Shown: positions 46,518 to 57,199 of the stretch, piece after piece
Layout of the letters: each line of letters opens with the position of its first letter
Numbering within the stretch: position 1 is the first letter of the stretch
NCBI GenBank assembly: GCA_964612455.1
Contig: CAZTCB010000003.1
Span: forward strand, 1,953-65,952
Source: an uncultured Subdoligranulum sp.
GTDB lineage: Bacteria; Bacillota; Clostridia; Christensenellales; CAG-314
Length of the DNA stretch: 64,000 nucleotides
Direction: 5' to 3'
Made by a program: the position numbers and the translations under genes
Notes under the pieces: generated by a model
What the model saw: only the letters and a program-made list of their open reading frames with translations
Database searches by the model: none
What the model was told of the DNA's origin: nothing

Positions 46518-47210
46518 TCAATCCGCATTAAAAACGGACACGGCGGTTTTGTCGTCGTCCGAAATCACGGTATCGGCGGTTTGTGCCACCATTATCTTAC
46601 CTATCGATACTTCGTAAGCGGTTTTTGTTTCGGTTTGGGTATCCGTAACTTTTTTTTGATACTCGCGACTCTGAAGGCGTCCGATTATCTTTACTTCCTG
46701 ACCGACGGGTAAAAATTTAACGAATCTGGCGTTTCGTCCCCAAGCTATAGCGGGTATATAATCACTCTTGCCGTACGCCCTGTTGACGGCGAGCAACAAA
46801 TCGCAAATCTCGCGATTAAAAGGTGTGGTGCGAAAAATCGGCTGTTTACACAAAAAACCGTCCAGCTGCACGTCGTTGGGGCTAAGCGTCGGTTCGTACG
46901 GAAACAGTTCCCGCACAAACACCGAGAGCAACAGTCTGCTTTTGTTGTCGACCTGTTTGTTAAAACTACGCAATTGACCTTTAAGCGATATCTGTTGTCC
47001 GACGACGAGAGGAAAATTGCATGTCAATCTTTCGCTGACGGTGAGCGGCAACAGGTCAAAAGTCTGACTTAACCTTGAAACCTTGAGTTTGACGTCGAAA
47101 AAGCTTTCGCCGAATACCTCATGCGAAAATACCGGTTCGGCAACAATCTCTCCCGACAAGCTGACGTTGTTTGTTTCTTCTTTTTCTTGTTTTGTTGCGT
47201 ACGTAAACAT
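46518..47210 (-). CDS. SSB-like protein with two tandem OB folds
   Basis: 230 aa. The second half (VQLDGFLCKQPIFRTTPFNREICDLLLAVNR...IPAIAWGRNARFV...VKIIGRLQSREY) matches the SSB OB pattern, and the first half repeats it more weakly. There is no acidic DDxPF tail. Confidence 0.55.
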   Translation of the reverse strand: MFTYATKQEKEETNNVSLSGEIVAEPVFSHEVFGESFFDVKLKVSRLSQTFDLLPLTVSERLTCNFPLVVGQQISLKGQLRSFNKQVDNKSRLLLSVFVRELFPYEPTLSPNDVQLDGFLCKQPIFRTTPFNREICDLLLAVNRAYGKSDYIPAIAWGRNARFVKFLPVGQEVKIIGRLQSREYQKKVTDTQTETKTAYEVSIGKIMVAQTADTVISDDDKTAVSVFNAD

Positions 47211-47250
47211 AGTTACCTCCTCTTTGTGTTTTTGCCTTTCGGCTCTAATC

Positions 47251-48054
47251 CTACTTTACGTTAATATCGTTTTTTATCTGTTTGCCCGTATGGTCTATAT
47301 AATAGTTGTCGTAATATATCAATTCTTCAACCGTCACGAGTTTTAAACCCTTGTCTTTAAGTCCCTGTATTATCACAGGCAAAGCGTCCGTTATATGGTC
47401 GCTGTTGTTGTGGCAAAGGATGATATCCCCCGATTTTGCTTTGAGCACGCGGGCGGCGATATCGCGCCCCGACAAACCTTTCCAGTCCAGACTGTCGACG
47501 CTCCACTGAACGGTAAACAACCCCATACCCGACGCCGTCTCTATCACGCTGTTGTTATAATCGCCGAAAGGCGGTCTGAACAATTTAACGTTGCCGTGCG
47601 TAACGTCCGTTATTTTTTTTATACTCGAGTTTAACTCTTCTGCCTGCTTGGCAACGGACAAAGTTGTCATTTTGGGGTGAGTTTCGCTGTGAGTGCCTAT
47701 CGCGTGCCCTTCGTTAAAAATCCGTTCTACGAGTTGCGGGTATTTTTCGCTCCAGAAACCGACCAAAAAAAATGTAACCTTAACGTCGTGCGCTTTGCAA
47801 ATATCCAATATCCTTTCGGTTTTGTCCGCTCCCCACGCCGCGTCGAAAGTGAGAGCGACGCAATCGTCGTTGCGCTCCACGCAATAAATCGGTATCTTGC
47901 GCGTAGCGGCGACTATCGCCACGGGCGTAAGGTTTAATACCGCCAAAAGGACGAAAATCAACGCAATCAACGTCAAAAATCCCAATCTGACTTTAAATAC
48001 CGACCTTTTTTTAGACGATTTGTCGGTTACCTTTTTATTTTGTTCAAGCTTCAT
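47251..48054 (-). CDS. Polysaccharide deacetylase (NodB domain), PdaB-like
   Basis: N-terminal TM helix. Motif 1 is TFDAAWG (single Asp, as in PdaB), plus HSETH and LCHN motifs. Confidence 0.7.
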   Translation of the reverse strand: MKLEQNKKVTDKSSKKRSVFKVRLGFLTLIALIFVLLAVLNLTPVAIVAATRKIPIYCVERNDDCVALTFDAAWGADKTERILDICKAHDVKVTFFLVGFWSEKYPQLVERIFNEGHAIGTHSETHPKMTTLSVAKQAEELNSSIKKITDVTHGNVKLFRPPFGDYNNSVIETASGMGLFTVQWSVDSLDWKGLSGRDIAARVLKAKSGDIILCHNNSDHITDALPVIIQGLKDKGLKLVTVEELIYYDNYYIDHTGKQIKNDINVK

Positions 48055-48190
48055 GATTGTACCTCAAAAATCCGCATAAAAAATTGTTTTGTTTGGACTA
48101 CTTTTGTCGAAAAAAATACCGACTCGATTAAGTCGGTATATTGTATTAAAGGATGGGGCGAAATATTTTTATCTCCGAAAAAAAAGTACG

Positions 48191-48219
48191 AAAAAAAAGC
48201 GCCCCGAGAGGCGCTTTTT
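48191..48219. terminator. Terminator after gap
   Basis: Stem agcgcc/ggcgct flanked by A8 and T5. Confidence 0.8.
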
Positions 48220-48237
48220 ATATCTACGTCGCAATTT

Positions 48238-49314
<1,077 letters not shown>

Positions 49315-49385
49315 TTATAAATCAATTTTTTTTTTTTGACAACTGTTTACGACAATTATAGTTGCCAAAAAAACGGAGGAGTTTT

Positions 49386-50309
49386 ATGCCATTGGTAACA
49401 ACAACCGAAATGTTTAAAAAAGCCTATCACGGCGGATACGCTATCGGCGCGTTTAACGTCAACAACATGGAGACCATTCAAGGTATAGTAGAGGCAGGCG
49501 AAGAAACCCGCTCACCCCTTATTCTCCAAGTGAGCAAGGGTGCGAGAGACTACGCCAACATGGTCTACCTTAAAAAACTCGTAGAGGCAGCCGTCCTTAC
49601 TTCTTCTATCCCCATCGCGCTGCATCTCGACCACGGCGATACGTTTGAAATCTGCAAACAGTGCGTTGACGACGGATTTACGTCCGTCATGATAGACGCA
49701 AGCAAGCTTCCGTTTGAAGAAAACGTCGAGTTGTCCAGACGCGTGGTAGAATACGCTCACGCACACGGCGTCGTCGTCGAGGCGGAGCTCGGCAAACTCG
49801 CGGGCGTCGAGGAGCATGTTTCCAACAAATACGGCTCGTACACCAACCCTGCGGAAGTACAGGAGTTTGTCGAAAAAACCGGAGTCGACTCCCTTGCAAT
49901 AGCAATCGGCACCAGTCACGGCGCATACAAGTTTAAAGGCGAACCCAAGCTCCGTTTCGATATTTTGGAAGAAATCCAAAGTCTCATACCCGACTTTCCC
50001 ATCGTTTTGCACGGTAGCAGTTCCGTCCCGCAGGCTTTCGTCAACACCATCAACAGCTACGGCGGCAACGTAGCAGGCGCGCAAGGCGTCCCCGAAGAAA
50101 TGCTCCGTCAAGCCGCGTCTATGAGCGTTTGCAAAATCAATATCGATACCGATATACGTCTTGCCTGCACTGCGGAAATAAGAAAACACCTGACGGACCA
50201 CCCCGAGCACTTTGATCCGCGCCAGTATCTCAAACCCGCGCGCGCCGCAATCAAGGACATGGTAAAACACAAGATACTCAACGTCCTCGGTAGCAACGAC
50301 AAGGCATAA
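49386..50309 (+). CDS. fba: Class II fructose-1,6-bisphosphate aldolase
   Basis: The start is trimmed to MPLVTTTEMFKKA after a GGAGG RBS. Motifs: ALHLDHG, GTSHGAYKF, LHGSSS. Confidence 0.95.
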   Translation: MPLVTTTEMFKKAYHGGYAIGAFNVNNMETIQGIVEAGEETRSPLILQVSKGARDYANMVYLKKLVEAAVLTSSIPIALHLDHGDTFEICKQCVDDGFTSVMIDASKLPFEENVELSRRVVEYAHAHGVVVEAELGKLAGVEEHVSNKYGSYTNPAEVQEFVEKTGVDSLAIAIGTSHGAYKFKGEPKLRFDILEEIQSLIPDFPIVLHGSSSVPQAFVNTINSYGGNVAGAQGVPEEMLRQAASMSVCKINIDTDIRLACTAEIRKHLTDHPEHFDPRQYLKPARAAIKDMVKHKILNVLGSNDKA

Positions 50310-50342
50310 ACGGTATTTTTAACGCTAACACGACGATTAAAA

Positions 50343-50371
50343 CGGACACCCGCAGGTGCCCGTTTTTTTTT
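50343..50371 (+). terminator. Intrinsic terminator after fba
   Basis: Stem cggacacc/ggtgcccg (one mismatch) followed by T9. Confidence 0.8.
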
Positions 50372-50470
50372 GATATCCGATATATAAAACGTAAAAACGC
50401 CACCCCGATAAATATAATATGTGACAAATATAAAGTTTTTAGTCAACAATGTGTTTTTTTTGTTTATCTA

Positions 50471-50499
50471 TTGACACAAGATTAAATCTGTGCTATTAT
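50471..50499 (+). promoter_or_regulatory. SigmaA-type promoter (extended -10)
   Basis: TTGACA, a 17-nt spacer, then TGcTATTAT, 30 nt upstream of the ORF at 50530. Confidence 0.65.
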
Positions 50500-50529
50500 T
50501 GTAGTACATTTAAATTATAGGAGGTTTTT

Positions 50530-51639
50530 ATGAAAAAATCCAAATCGGTATCTTTTATCGCGTTTGCCTTGGTTTTGCTGACGTTGTTGACGACAGTATC
50601 TTCCGTTGCCATACGTCAACCGGAAAAAGCGTTGGCAATCAACGAGCTCGCTAACGTCACCGACGTTTACTACTTTACTGACTCGGAGCCGTTAATGAGC
50701 AGTAATGAGTTTTATATGTCGTTTTCAGTTTCAATAACGTATGATATTAATGTCTACATGACCGATCAAATACTTACTGAAAAATGTTACAACGGCGAGT
50801 TTTCCATATTCAACGACGCCTACGTGTTTATATTTGAATTAAAGTACGATATGATCAGCCCGTCGGTATTAACTACTGTTTTTTCGACGGTAAAGAATCA
50901 AGGTTGCTACATTATTTTCATCAGTGCATACAATCTGAGCGAATACTCAAATACGTCATTTATGCAATACGTAGACGATTTCGCGCTCTGCAATAAAGAC
51001 CCTTTCTTTTGTTTCGTAAAGAACGCCGTCGAAAATATAATGACTTCTCAACGCGGACTCAACGATTCCGTCATATTTATTGACGGCAGATTGCTTTACC
51101 CTATCGTAGACATAGGCGATACGTATGCTATAGAAGATATGTGCTACGTTTCTGCGTTTTTAAGAATACTCTTTCGCCATATATGCCAACAGTTAGGGAT
51201 AACATACACCCCCGACGATTACGAAGCGATGATAGAAGCATTAAACGCCTACAACGTACACCTATTGGTAAACGTACATGACTATCATTTTGTTGATTTA
51301 ATGCAACGCGATGGCGAACATTACGTCACGTATGATTTTTATTCGTTTGAAGACGTAGAGAATGTATTTTCAAATACAATTCACCCTCTATACGCAATCG
51401 GAAGGTGGAGCCTGACACAGCAGTTTTACAATCTGCTGATTGATATTCAGGCTCATTATCAATTGCCAGTATACGCATGGGTTGTCGATGAACTCGAATT
51501 TGTTCCGGACGGACTCGACCTGATTACCGACGAAGACTTGACGGAAATGTATGAACCTGAATATCTTTTAGATTATGACGTTCTCGACGTCGTGGCTTTA
51601 TTGGTTACTTTAGGATTGCCCCAGCGGGAATCCGATTAA
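50530..51639 (+). CDS. Hypothetical secreted protein (369 aa, orphan)
   Basis: GGAGG RBS and a signal peptide ending in ...EKALA. The protein is Tyr/Phe/Asp-rich and the gene is AT-rich. No family recognised. Confidence 0.55.
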   Translation: MKKSKSVSFIAFALVLLTLLTTVSSVAIRQPEKALAINELANVTDVYYFTDSEPLMSSNEFYMSFSVSITYDINVYMTDQILTEKCYNGEFSIFNDAYVFIFELKYDMISPSVLTTVFSTVKNQGCYIIFISAYNLSEYSNTSFMQYVDDFALCNKDPFFCFVKNAVENIMTSQRGLNDSVIFIDGRLLYPIVDIGDTYAIEDMCYVSAFLRILFRHICQQLGITYTPDDYEAMIEALNAYNVHLLVNVHDYHFVDLMQRDGEHYVTYDFYSFEDVENVFSNTIHPLYAIGRWSLTQQFYNLLIDIQAHYQLPVYAWVVDELEFVPDGLDLITDEDLTEMYEPEYLLDYDVLDVVALLVTLGLPQRESD

Positions 51640-51668
51640 AAATATTAACACAAGGAGAAATGATATTT

Positions 51669-53285
51669 ATGAAAACAAAACGCTTATTACTCTTTTTAAT
51701 ATCGGTATTGATACTGTGTTGCGTTTGCGGAACGTTGACGGCATGTCAACAAAACGATCCGGACCCGGATCCGACTCCGAGTGGCCCTTCTACGGGCGTA
51801 AATCCTCCCGACGAGGATACTGACCCCTCCTCGGGCGTGACGCCTCCCGACGAGGATACTAATCTTCCTACCGAAACAAATCCTCCCGTCGAAAATCCCG
51901 ACCCCTCTACCGACGTAGATCTCAGCAAATTGACACAACTCGATACCCCTACCAACGTGGCTTTGACGGCAGACAACGAGCTGATATGGGACAAAGTAGA
52001 CAACGCGTCGAGTTACGTAGTAAAGTTGAATAACTCTACGTACTCCGCCAAATCAAACGTTTTTGATTGCAAAGTACTCGACACCGCCGCAAACACAGTC
52101 AAAATCAAGGCAGTCGGTGACAACAAGACGACCTATAAAGATTCTCAATGGACTGATTTTTATTACGAAACCCCGACAAGCGGCTTGAAATACACCAAAC
52201 TCGATGACGGTAGCGGCTACATAGTAACCAAACAATCCGAAGACTCTATAAAAAGCTTTGGGACGCGTATAGTCATACCCGATTACTGCGACGGCTTGCC
52301 GGTAACGGAGATAGGAGTGAGTGCTTTTTCCAGTGCTTCTGTCAAATACACAGGCAATACGGTGACAAAAAGTATTCGTTTTCCGTCGCATCTGACGAAA
52401 ATCGGCAGCGGGGCATTCAAGATGTACAACGCTCTGACAAAAGTAAAATTACCTGACAGCGTTACGGAACTCAGTGATTCTGTTTTCTTCAGATGTACAA
52501 GACTGAGTGAAATTGAACTTTCATCCAACTTAAAAATGATTCCGGGTTCTGCATTTGCCTACACCGCACTGACGGAGATTGTTATTCCGTCAGGCGTGGA
52601 ATCAATCTATTCTTCATTTACCAATTGTACCAGCTTAACAAGCGTGACCATTCCCGATAGCGTAACGACGATAGGCGGTACTTGTTTTAAAGACTGTACC
52701 GTATTGACAACGATTAAAATGTCAAAAAATATACGAGAAATCGATTCTTCTGCTTTTGAAAATACGCCATGGCTAAACAATCAAACCGATGAATTTATTA
52801 CCTTCAACGGTAATCTTCTCTATAGATACAACGGCTCAGCCGAAAGAATCGATTCGCTACCCGCAGGTATAAAAAATGTAAGTGTGAATGCTTTTTACAA
52901 CAATAACACCTTAAAGTACGTATCACTGTCCGGGGTGACGTTTGCAGACGGCACTATTTTTTATAATTGTACCGCACTCGAAACCATCAGATTGTCAAAC
53001 GTAAGCGCTTTACCCAATAAACTTGTAAGCCTTTGCAAAGCGCTCACTACCGTGATTTTGCCTGATACGATTACTACCGTCACCGGTTCGGCACCCTACA
53101 ATATGAGTAGCAGTGTAAACGTGTTTTACGAAGGCACGCAGGAGCAATTTGAAAAAATCGCCGTCGTCGGCGCAACGACATGGAGCGTTACCGGCGCAAC
53201 AGTGTATTTTTACACCGAAACGCAACCTACTACCGAAGGCAACTACTGGCACTACGACGCCGACGGCAATCCCGTCAAGTGGTAA
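51669..53285 (+). CDS. BspA-type leucine-rich-repeat surface lipoprotein
   Basis: Lipobox GTLTAC. A Pro/Asp-rich linker contains a 13-aa tandem repeat (SGV(N/T)PPDEDT...). It is followed by an Fn3-like module and then many ~23-aa LRR units (IPDSVTTIGGTCFKDCTVLTTI and similar). Confidence 0.75.
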   Translation: MKTKRLLLFLISVLILCCVCGTLTACQQNDPDPDPTPSGPSTGVNPPDEDTDPSSGVTPPDEDTNLPTETNPPVENPDPSTDVDLSKLTQLDTPTNVALTADNELIWDKVDNASSYVVKLNNSTYSAKSNVFDCKVLDTAANTVKIKAVGDNKTTYKDSQWTDFYYETPTSGLKYTKLDDGSGYIVTKQSEDSIKSFGTRIVIPDYCDGLPVTEIGVSAFSSASVKYTGNTVTKSIRFPSHLTKIGSGAFKMYNALTKVKLPDSVTELSDSVFFRCTRLSEIELSSNLKMIPGSAFAYTALTEIVIPSGVESIYSSFTNCTSLTSVTIPDSVTTIGGTCFKDCTVLTTIKMSKNIREIDSSAFENTPWLNNQTDEFITFNGNLLYRYNGSAERIDSLPAGIKNVSVNAFYNNNTLKYVSLSGVTFADGTIFYNCTALETIRLSNVSALPNKLVSLCKALTTVILPDTITTVTGSAPYNMSSSVNVFYEGTQEQFEKIAVVGATTWSVTGATVYFYTETQPTTEGNYWHYDADGNPVKW

Positions 53286-53330
53286 ATCGACAACCGATAG
53301 GATTAAAAGAAAAAACGAACCACGCGGTTG

Positions 53331-53366
53331 AAAAACAGCGAGAGAAATTTCTCTCGCTGTTTTTTT
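53331..53366. terminator. Intrinsic terminator after the LRR gene
   Basis: Palindrome cagcgagagaaa/tttctctcgctg followed by T8. Confidence 0.85.
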
Positions 53367-53453
53367 AAGTGTATTTCCCGTAGTATGGAGTGTAACAACG
53401 TATTAATTTTTTCTATTTAAACAGCACTGTCGACGGGCTTTTTTATTTTTTAG

Positions 53454-54758
53454 TTAATCTCCTTCTTCCTCGTCAATCCCTTCGGGCTTTGCGGGACCGT
53501 CGGTTACCGCTATCGGCAACGGTGCGTCCGACAAGTGACTGTGCGTAAGAAAAGTCTTTTTATACGTAAGTTTAAGCAAAACGGGAGTGAGCAACGCGCT
53601 GACGGCAATGAGTATCAATACGAAAGGCATTATCGACGGATTTACCATTCCGTTGTCGATGCCTTTTTGAGTACACACGAGCACGACCTCTGCGCGAGCC
53701 ATCATACCGATGCCGACTCTTAAGCTGTCTTTGGGACTGTATTTACAAATAAGCGAACCGCCTCCCGCGCCCAAAACCTTGCCGACCAACCCCGCCAATA
53801 CGTAACAAAGACCGAAACCTACGAAAGCCGCGCTGATTCCGTTAAAAGTAGTGTTGATACCTATATTGGCGAAAAACACGGGCGCAAATATCATATAGTT
53901 GCTCATCTCGACTTTGCTATCGATGTATTCGGAGTTTTTTAACCCCGACAACACTATGCCGGCAACGTAGGCTCCTGTGATATCCGCAACGCCGAAAAAC
54001 TTTTCCGCGGCGTAGGCGTATAAAAAACAAACGACAAACCCGAAAATAGGTATACGACGCATGTGATGGTCCCACTTGCCGTCCATCCATTTAAACAAAC
54101 GATGTATCAACACTCCGACGCCGACGGCAATCACGAAAAACAGCAGCATTTTGCCGACCATGAGTAAAACTTCCGCCGTGCCCCCGTCGGTGTTGTTTTT
54201 TAAACCGATGACGACCGACAGCAAGATAACGCCTATTATATCGTCAAGTATCGCCGCCGCAACGACGCTCGTGCCAACCTTGCTGTTGAGTTTTCCCATT
54301 TCCTTGAGCGTTGCTACGGTTACGCTCACGGAAGTGGCTGACAAGATAACGCCGTAAAACAGATTGTCGTAGAGATTGGCGGAAATATCGGCAAACCCGC
54401 CGTTAAACGCCGTCGCAACGACAAAACCGAGTCCGCACGGCACCACGACGCCGAGTATCGTTATTACCACGCAGGGCAAACCTATTTTTTTAAATTGTCT
54501 GAAATCCGTCTCGAGTCCGGCGGAAAACATGATAAGGATGACGCCTATCTTTGCTAAAAAACCGAGCCCTTCTATCGTGCCGTCGACGTCGTCGGTAAAA
54601 ATCGTCTGACCGGGAATATACCTGATGAGTCCGAGCAACAATCCCGCGACCAACATACCTATGACCTGAGGCAAACCGAGACGTTTACAGCAGATGCCTA
54701 AAAATTTAGACAATAATAAAATCAATGCCAACGGCAATAAAATTTCAAAATAGTCCAT
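53454..54758 (-). CDS. Cation:proton antiporter (CPA2/Kef-type Na+/H+ exchanger family)
   Basis: 434 aa with about 12 TM helices and N-terminus LLSKFLGICCKRLGLPQVIGMLVAGLLLG, typical of the family. Confidence 0.8.
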   Translation of the reverse strand: MDYFEILLPLALILLLSKFLGICCKRLGLPQVIGMLVAGLLLGLIRYIPGQTIFTDDVDGTIEGLGFLAKIGVILIMFSAGLETDFRQFKKIGLPCVVITILGVVVPCGLGFVVATAFNGGFADISANLYDNLFYGVILSATSVSVTVATLKEMGKLNSKVGTSVVAAAILDDIIGVILLSVVIGLKNNTDGGTAEVLLMVGKMLLFFVIAVGVGVLIHRLFKWMDGKWDHHMRRIPIFGFVVCFLYAYAAEKFFGVADITGAYVAGIVLSGLKNSEYIDSKVEMSNYMIFAPVFFANIGINTTFNGISAAFVGFGLCYVLAGLVGKVLGAGGGSLICKYSPKDSLRVGIGMMARAEVVLVCTQKGIDNGMVNPSIMPFVLILIAVSALLTPVLLKLTYKKTFLTHSHLSDAPLPIAVTDGPAKPEGIDEEEGD

Positions 54759-54786
54759 AAAAATTTACCTTCTTTAGCAAATATAA

Positions 54787-55431
54787 TCAATTAAATTCCG
54801 CAAGAAACTCGTCCGCCGACTTTGCGTCCACAAAAGTCGCGGTTTTCAGTATCCCGCACTCGTAATAATCGACTCCTGCTTGCGCACAGAGAAATTTTAC
54901 GAGTCTTTCGGCGCGCAAGTTTTCGTTGCCGCAAGACAATACAAAACGCAACGTGACGGCGTCGACGCGCTCGGCGGCAAAAATCATTTTGCCGACCTTT
55001 TTGGTCACGACGGCGTTGTTTTTGTCGATAAAATCTATTGCAAAATCCAAATCGTTTGCTATACCGTCTATATTGATTTTGTCGGCAAACGGGCAATTTA
55101 CCACGTACTCGGCAGAGTTGGCAATCGCGGCGAGGTTGGGGTTTTTACTCACGTTAAAAACCGCAGTCGCTTCTATCCCCTTTGGACAAGCGGCGTTAAA
55201 CCGCGCCAAAAAATCCGCCGTATCGTCGGTATCGACGGTCACGTACTCGGCAACGCTCTCCACTCCCGCAGGGATAGGCGGTGAAAAATAAACCTTCATA
55301 TGCGGGTTATAACCGTTGGTATAATTGACGTCCACTTTCGCACGCTTCAATATGCGTAAAAAAACGCGCAACAAATCCACGTGACTGACGGAAGACGCGG
55401 GAAAGAGTTTTGAATATTTAACGACAACCAT
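54787..55431 (-). CDS. Radical-SAM-associated protein (DUF2344 / TIGR03936-like)
   Basis: 214 aa with SHVDLLRVFLRILKRAKVDVNYTNGYNPHMKVYFSPP. It overlaps the end of the partner radical SAM gene. Confidence 0.75.
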   Translation of the reverse strand: MVVVKYSKLFPASSVSHVDLLRVFLRILKRAKVDVNYTNGYNPHMKVYFSPPIPAGVESVAEYVTVDTDDTADFLARFNAACPKGIEATAVFNVSKNPNLAAIANSAEYVVNCPFADKINIDGIANDLDFAIDFIDKNNAVVTKKVGKMIFAAERVDAVTLRFVLSCGNENLRAERLVKFLCAQAGVDYYECGILKTATFVDAKSADEFLAEFN

Positions 55432-57199
55432 CGCACAATCCCTCCTTTGTCAATCCGCACCCGTTGCACCGTTTCAGACAGCTCGGCGTCGTGACGGCTG
55501 CTTTGGCTTTTTTCGCTTCGGCGACGAGGTAATCCTTGTCCACGCCGACGGAAACGAAATCCCATGGCAACAACTCGTCGTAACTCTTTGCGTTCAGCAC
55601 CGACGAAACGTCAAAACCGCAACTTTCCACGGCGTCGAGGTACCGCTCGGCGTCAAAGCAATCGTTCCACGCGTCAAACTTTGCTCCGTTTAAATAGGCG
55701 CGTTCTATCACGTCGGACATGGTACGACCGCCGCGTGCCAAAAGCGCCTCGACAAAACTCGTATCGTAATCATGCCATGACAGGTTGATTTTATTTTTTC
55801 TGAAAGCGTCCCTCAACAGTTTTTGCTTTTCTTCAACGTCTTGTTTATCCGCAAACGCCTCCCACGAAAAAGGCGTAAACGGTTTCGGTATAAATACTGC
55901 GACGCTCGCCGACAGATTGAGATATTTGTTACCCGTGCGGCATTTAAAATACAAATCTTTTATTTTTTTCGCCATTTCGGCTATACCGACGACGTCTTCT
56001 TTGGTTTCGGTCGGCAATCCTATCATAAAATACAATTTTACGGAGGAGTACCCCCTGCCAAACGCATCGGCAAGAGTATCGAAAATATCTTTTTCGGTAA
56101 TATTCTTGTTGATTACGTCACGCAAACGCTGAGTACCCGCCTCGGGGGCGAAAGTCAACGCCGTCTTTCTCTCGGCGTCGTAAACCAACGCGTCAAAACT
56201 ATCCAGTCTCAGACTCGGCAGAGTAAGGGTGACGTTGTTTTCGTTTGCCCACGGCGACAACTCGCTCATCAACCTGCCCAAGCCGCTGTAGTCGCATGTA
56301 CTCAGGCTCGACAAAGACAGCTCGTCGTAACCCGTCGTCTCTATTAAATCCTTGCAAATCTTTAAAACGGTTTCGGGCGTACGCTCCCGCACGGGACGAT
56401 AAATAAATCCCGCCTGACAAAATCGGCAACCGTTGCCGCAACCTCTGAACAACTCCGCAACGCATCTGTCGTGGACTATTTCGAGATTGGGTACCAGCGC
56501 CGTATGGGGAAAAAAGGTTTTTTCAAGGTCTTTTTCCTTGTTGAGCTTGACTACGCGACTGCAATCTACTTTCGTCGGTTTATCGCCGTCGTATACGTTG
56601 TCGACAAACTCCGGGACGTAAATGCAATCCGATTTTTCCTGCAGGAGTTTTAAAAACTCCTTCTTTTTAAGCCCTTTATTTTCTTTTTTAAGCCGCAAAA
56701 CTTCTTTCCAAGGGGTTTCGCCGTCCCCCAGCATAAAAGCGTCGAAAAAAGGCGACATAGGCTCGGGATTGACGGCACACGGGCCGCCGCCGATTACTAT
56801 CGGAAAGTCTTCGCCGCGGTCAGCCGCGCGCAACGGAAAACCCGCCAAATCGAGCATATAAAGCACCGTCGTATAACACAACTCAAACTGCAAAGAAAAA
56901 CCGACGAAATCAAACGAAGTAAATTCGGCGTCCGACTCTATGCTCGTCAACTTTTTGCCGTTTTTCGCGAGCCATTCGCCCATGTCATGCCACGGTGCGT
57001 AGCATCTCTCGCATTTTGCATACGGAATTTCGTTGATGCCGAAGTATAAGATACGCGTACCGACGTTGCTCATGCCTACTTCGTACGAGTCGGGGAAACA
57101 CAACAAAAGGGACGTCTCCGCATCGTCTTTTATCTCGGGTATACCGTATTCGCCGCCGCAGTACCTTGCAGGCTTTAAGACACTATCTACATATTTCAT
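55418..57199 (-). CDS. B12-binding-domain radical SAM protein (TIGR03960-like)
   Basis: 593 aa with the radical SAM cluster motif CGNGCRFCQAG and an N-terminal B12-like domain. Its ATG forms an ATGA overlap with the spoIVFB stop. Confidence 0.8.
   Translation of the reverse strand: MKYVDSVLKPARYCGGEYGIPEIKDDAETSLLLCFPDSYEVGMSNVGTRILYFGINEIPYAKCERCYAPWHDMGEWLAKNGKKLTSIESDAEFTSFDFVGFSLQFELCYTTVLYMLDLAGFPLRAADRGEDFPIVIGGGPCAVNPEPMSPFFDAFMLGDGETPWKEVLRLKKENKGLKKKEFLKLLQEKSDCIYVPEFVDNVYDGDKPTKVDCSRVVKLNKEKDLEKTFFPHTALVPNLEIVHDRCVAELFRGCGNGCRFCQAGFIYRPVRERTPETVLKICKDLIETTGYDELSLSSLSTCDYSGLGRLMSELSPWANENNVTLTLPSLRLDSFDALVYDAERKTALTFAPEAGTQRLRDVINKNITEKDIFDTLADAFGRGYSSVKLYFMIGLPTETKEDVVGIAEMAKKIKDLYFKCRTGNKYLNLSASVAVFIPKPFTPFSWEAFADKQDVEEKQKLLRDAFRKNKINLSWHDYDTSFVEALLARGGRTMSDVIERAYLNGAKFDAWNDCFDAERYLDAVESCGFDVSSVLNAKSYDELLPWDFVSVGVDKDYLVAEAKKAKAAVTTPSCLKRCNGCGLTKEGLCDGCR

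Noticed and set aside
49512-50270. 252-aa minus-strand ORF antisense to fba
   Set aside because: Shadow ORF. The fba frame has unmistakable class II aldolase motifs.
51793-51870. 39-nt tandem repeat (gggcgt[a/g]a[a/c][t/g]cctcccgacgaggatact)
   Set aside because: It is not a CRISPR or regulatory repeat. It is in frame inside the LRR lipoprotein gene and encodes the duplicated linker SGV(N/T)PPDEDT.
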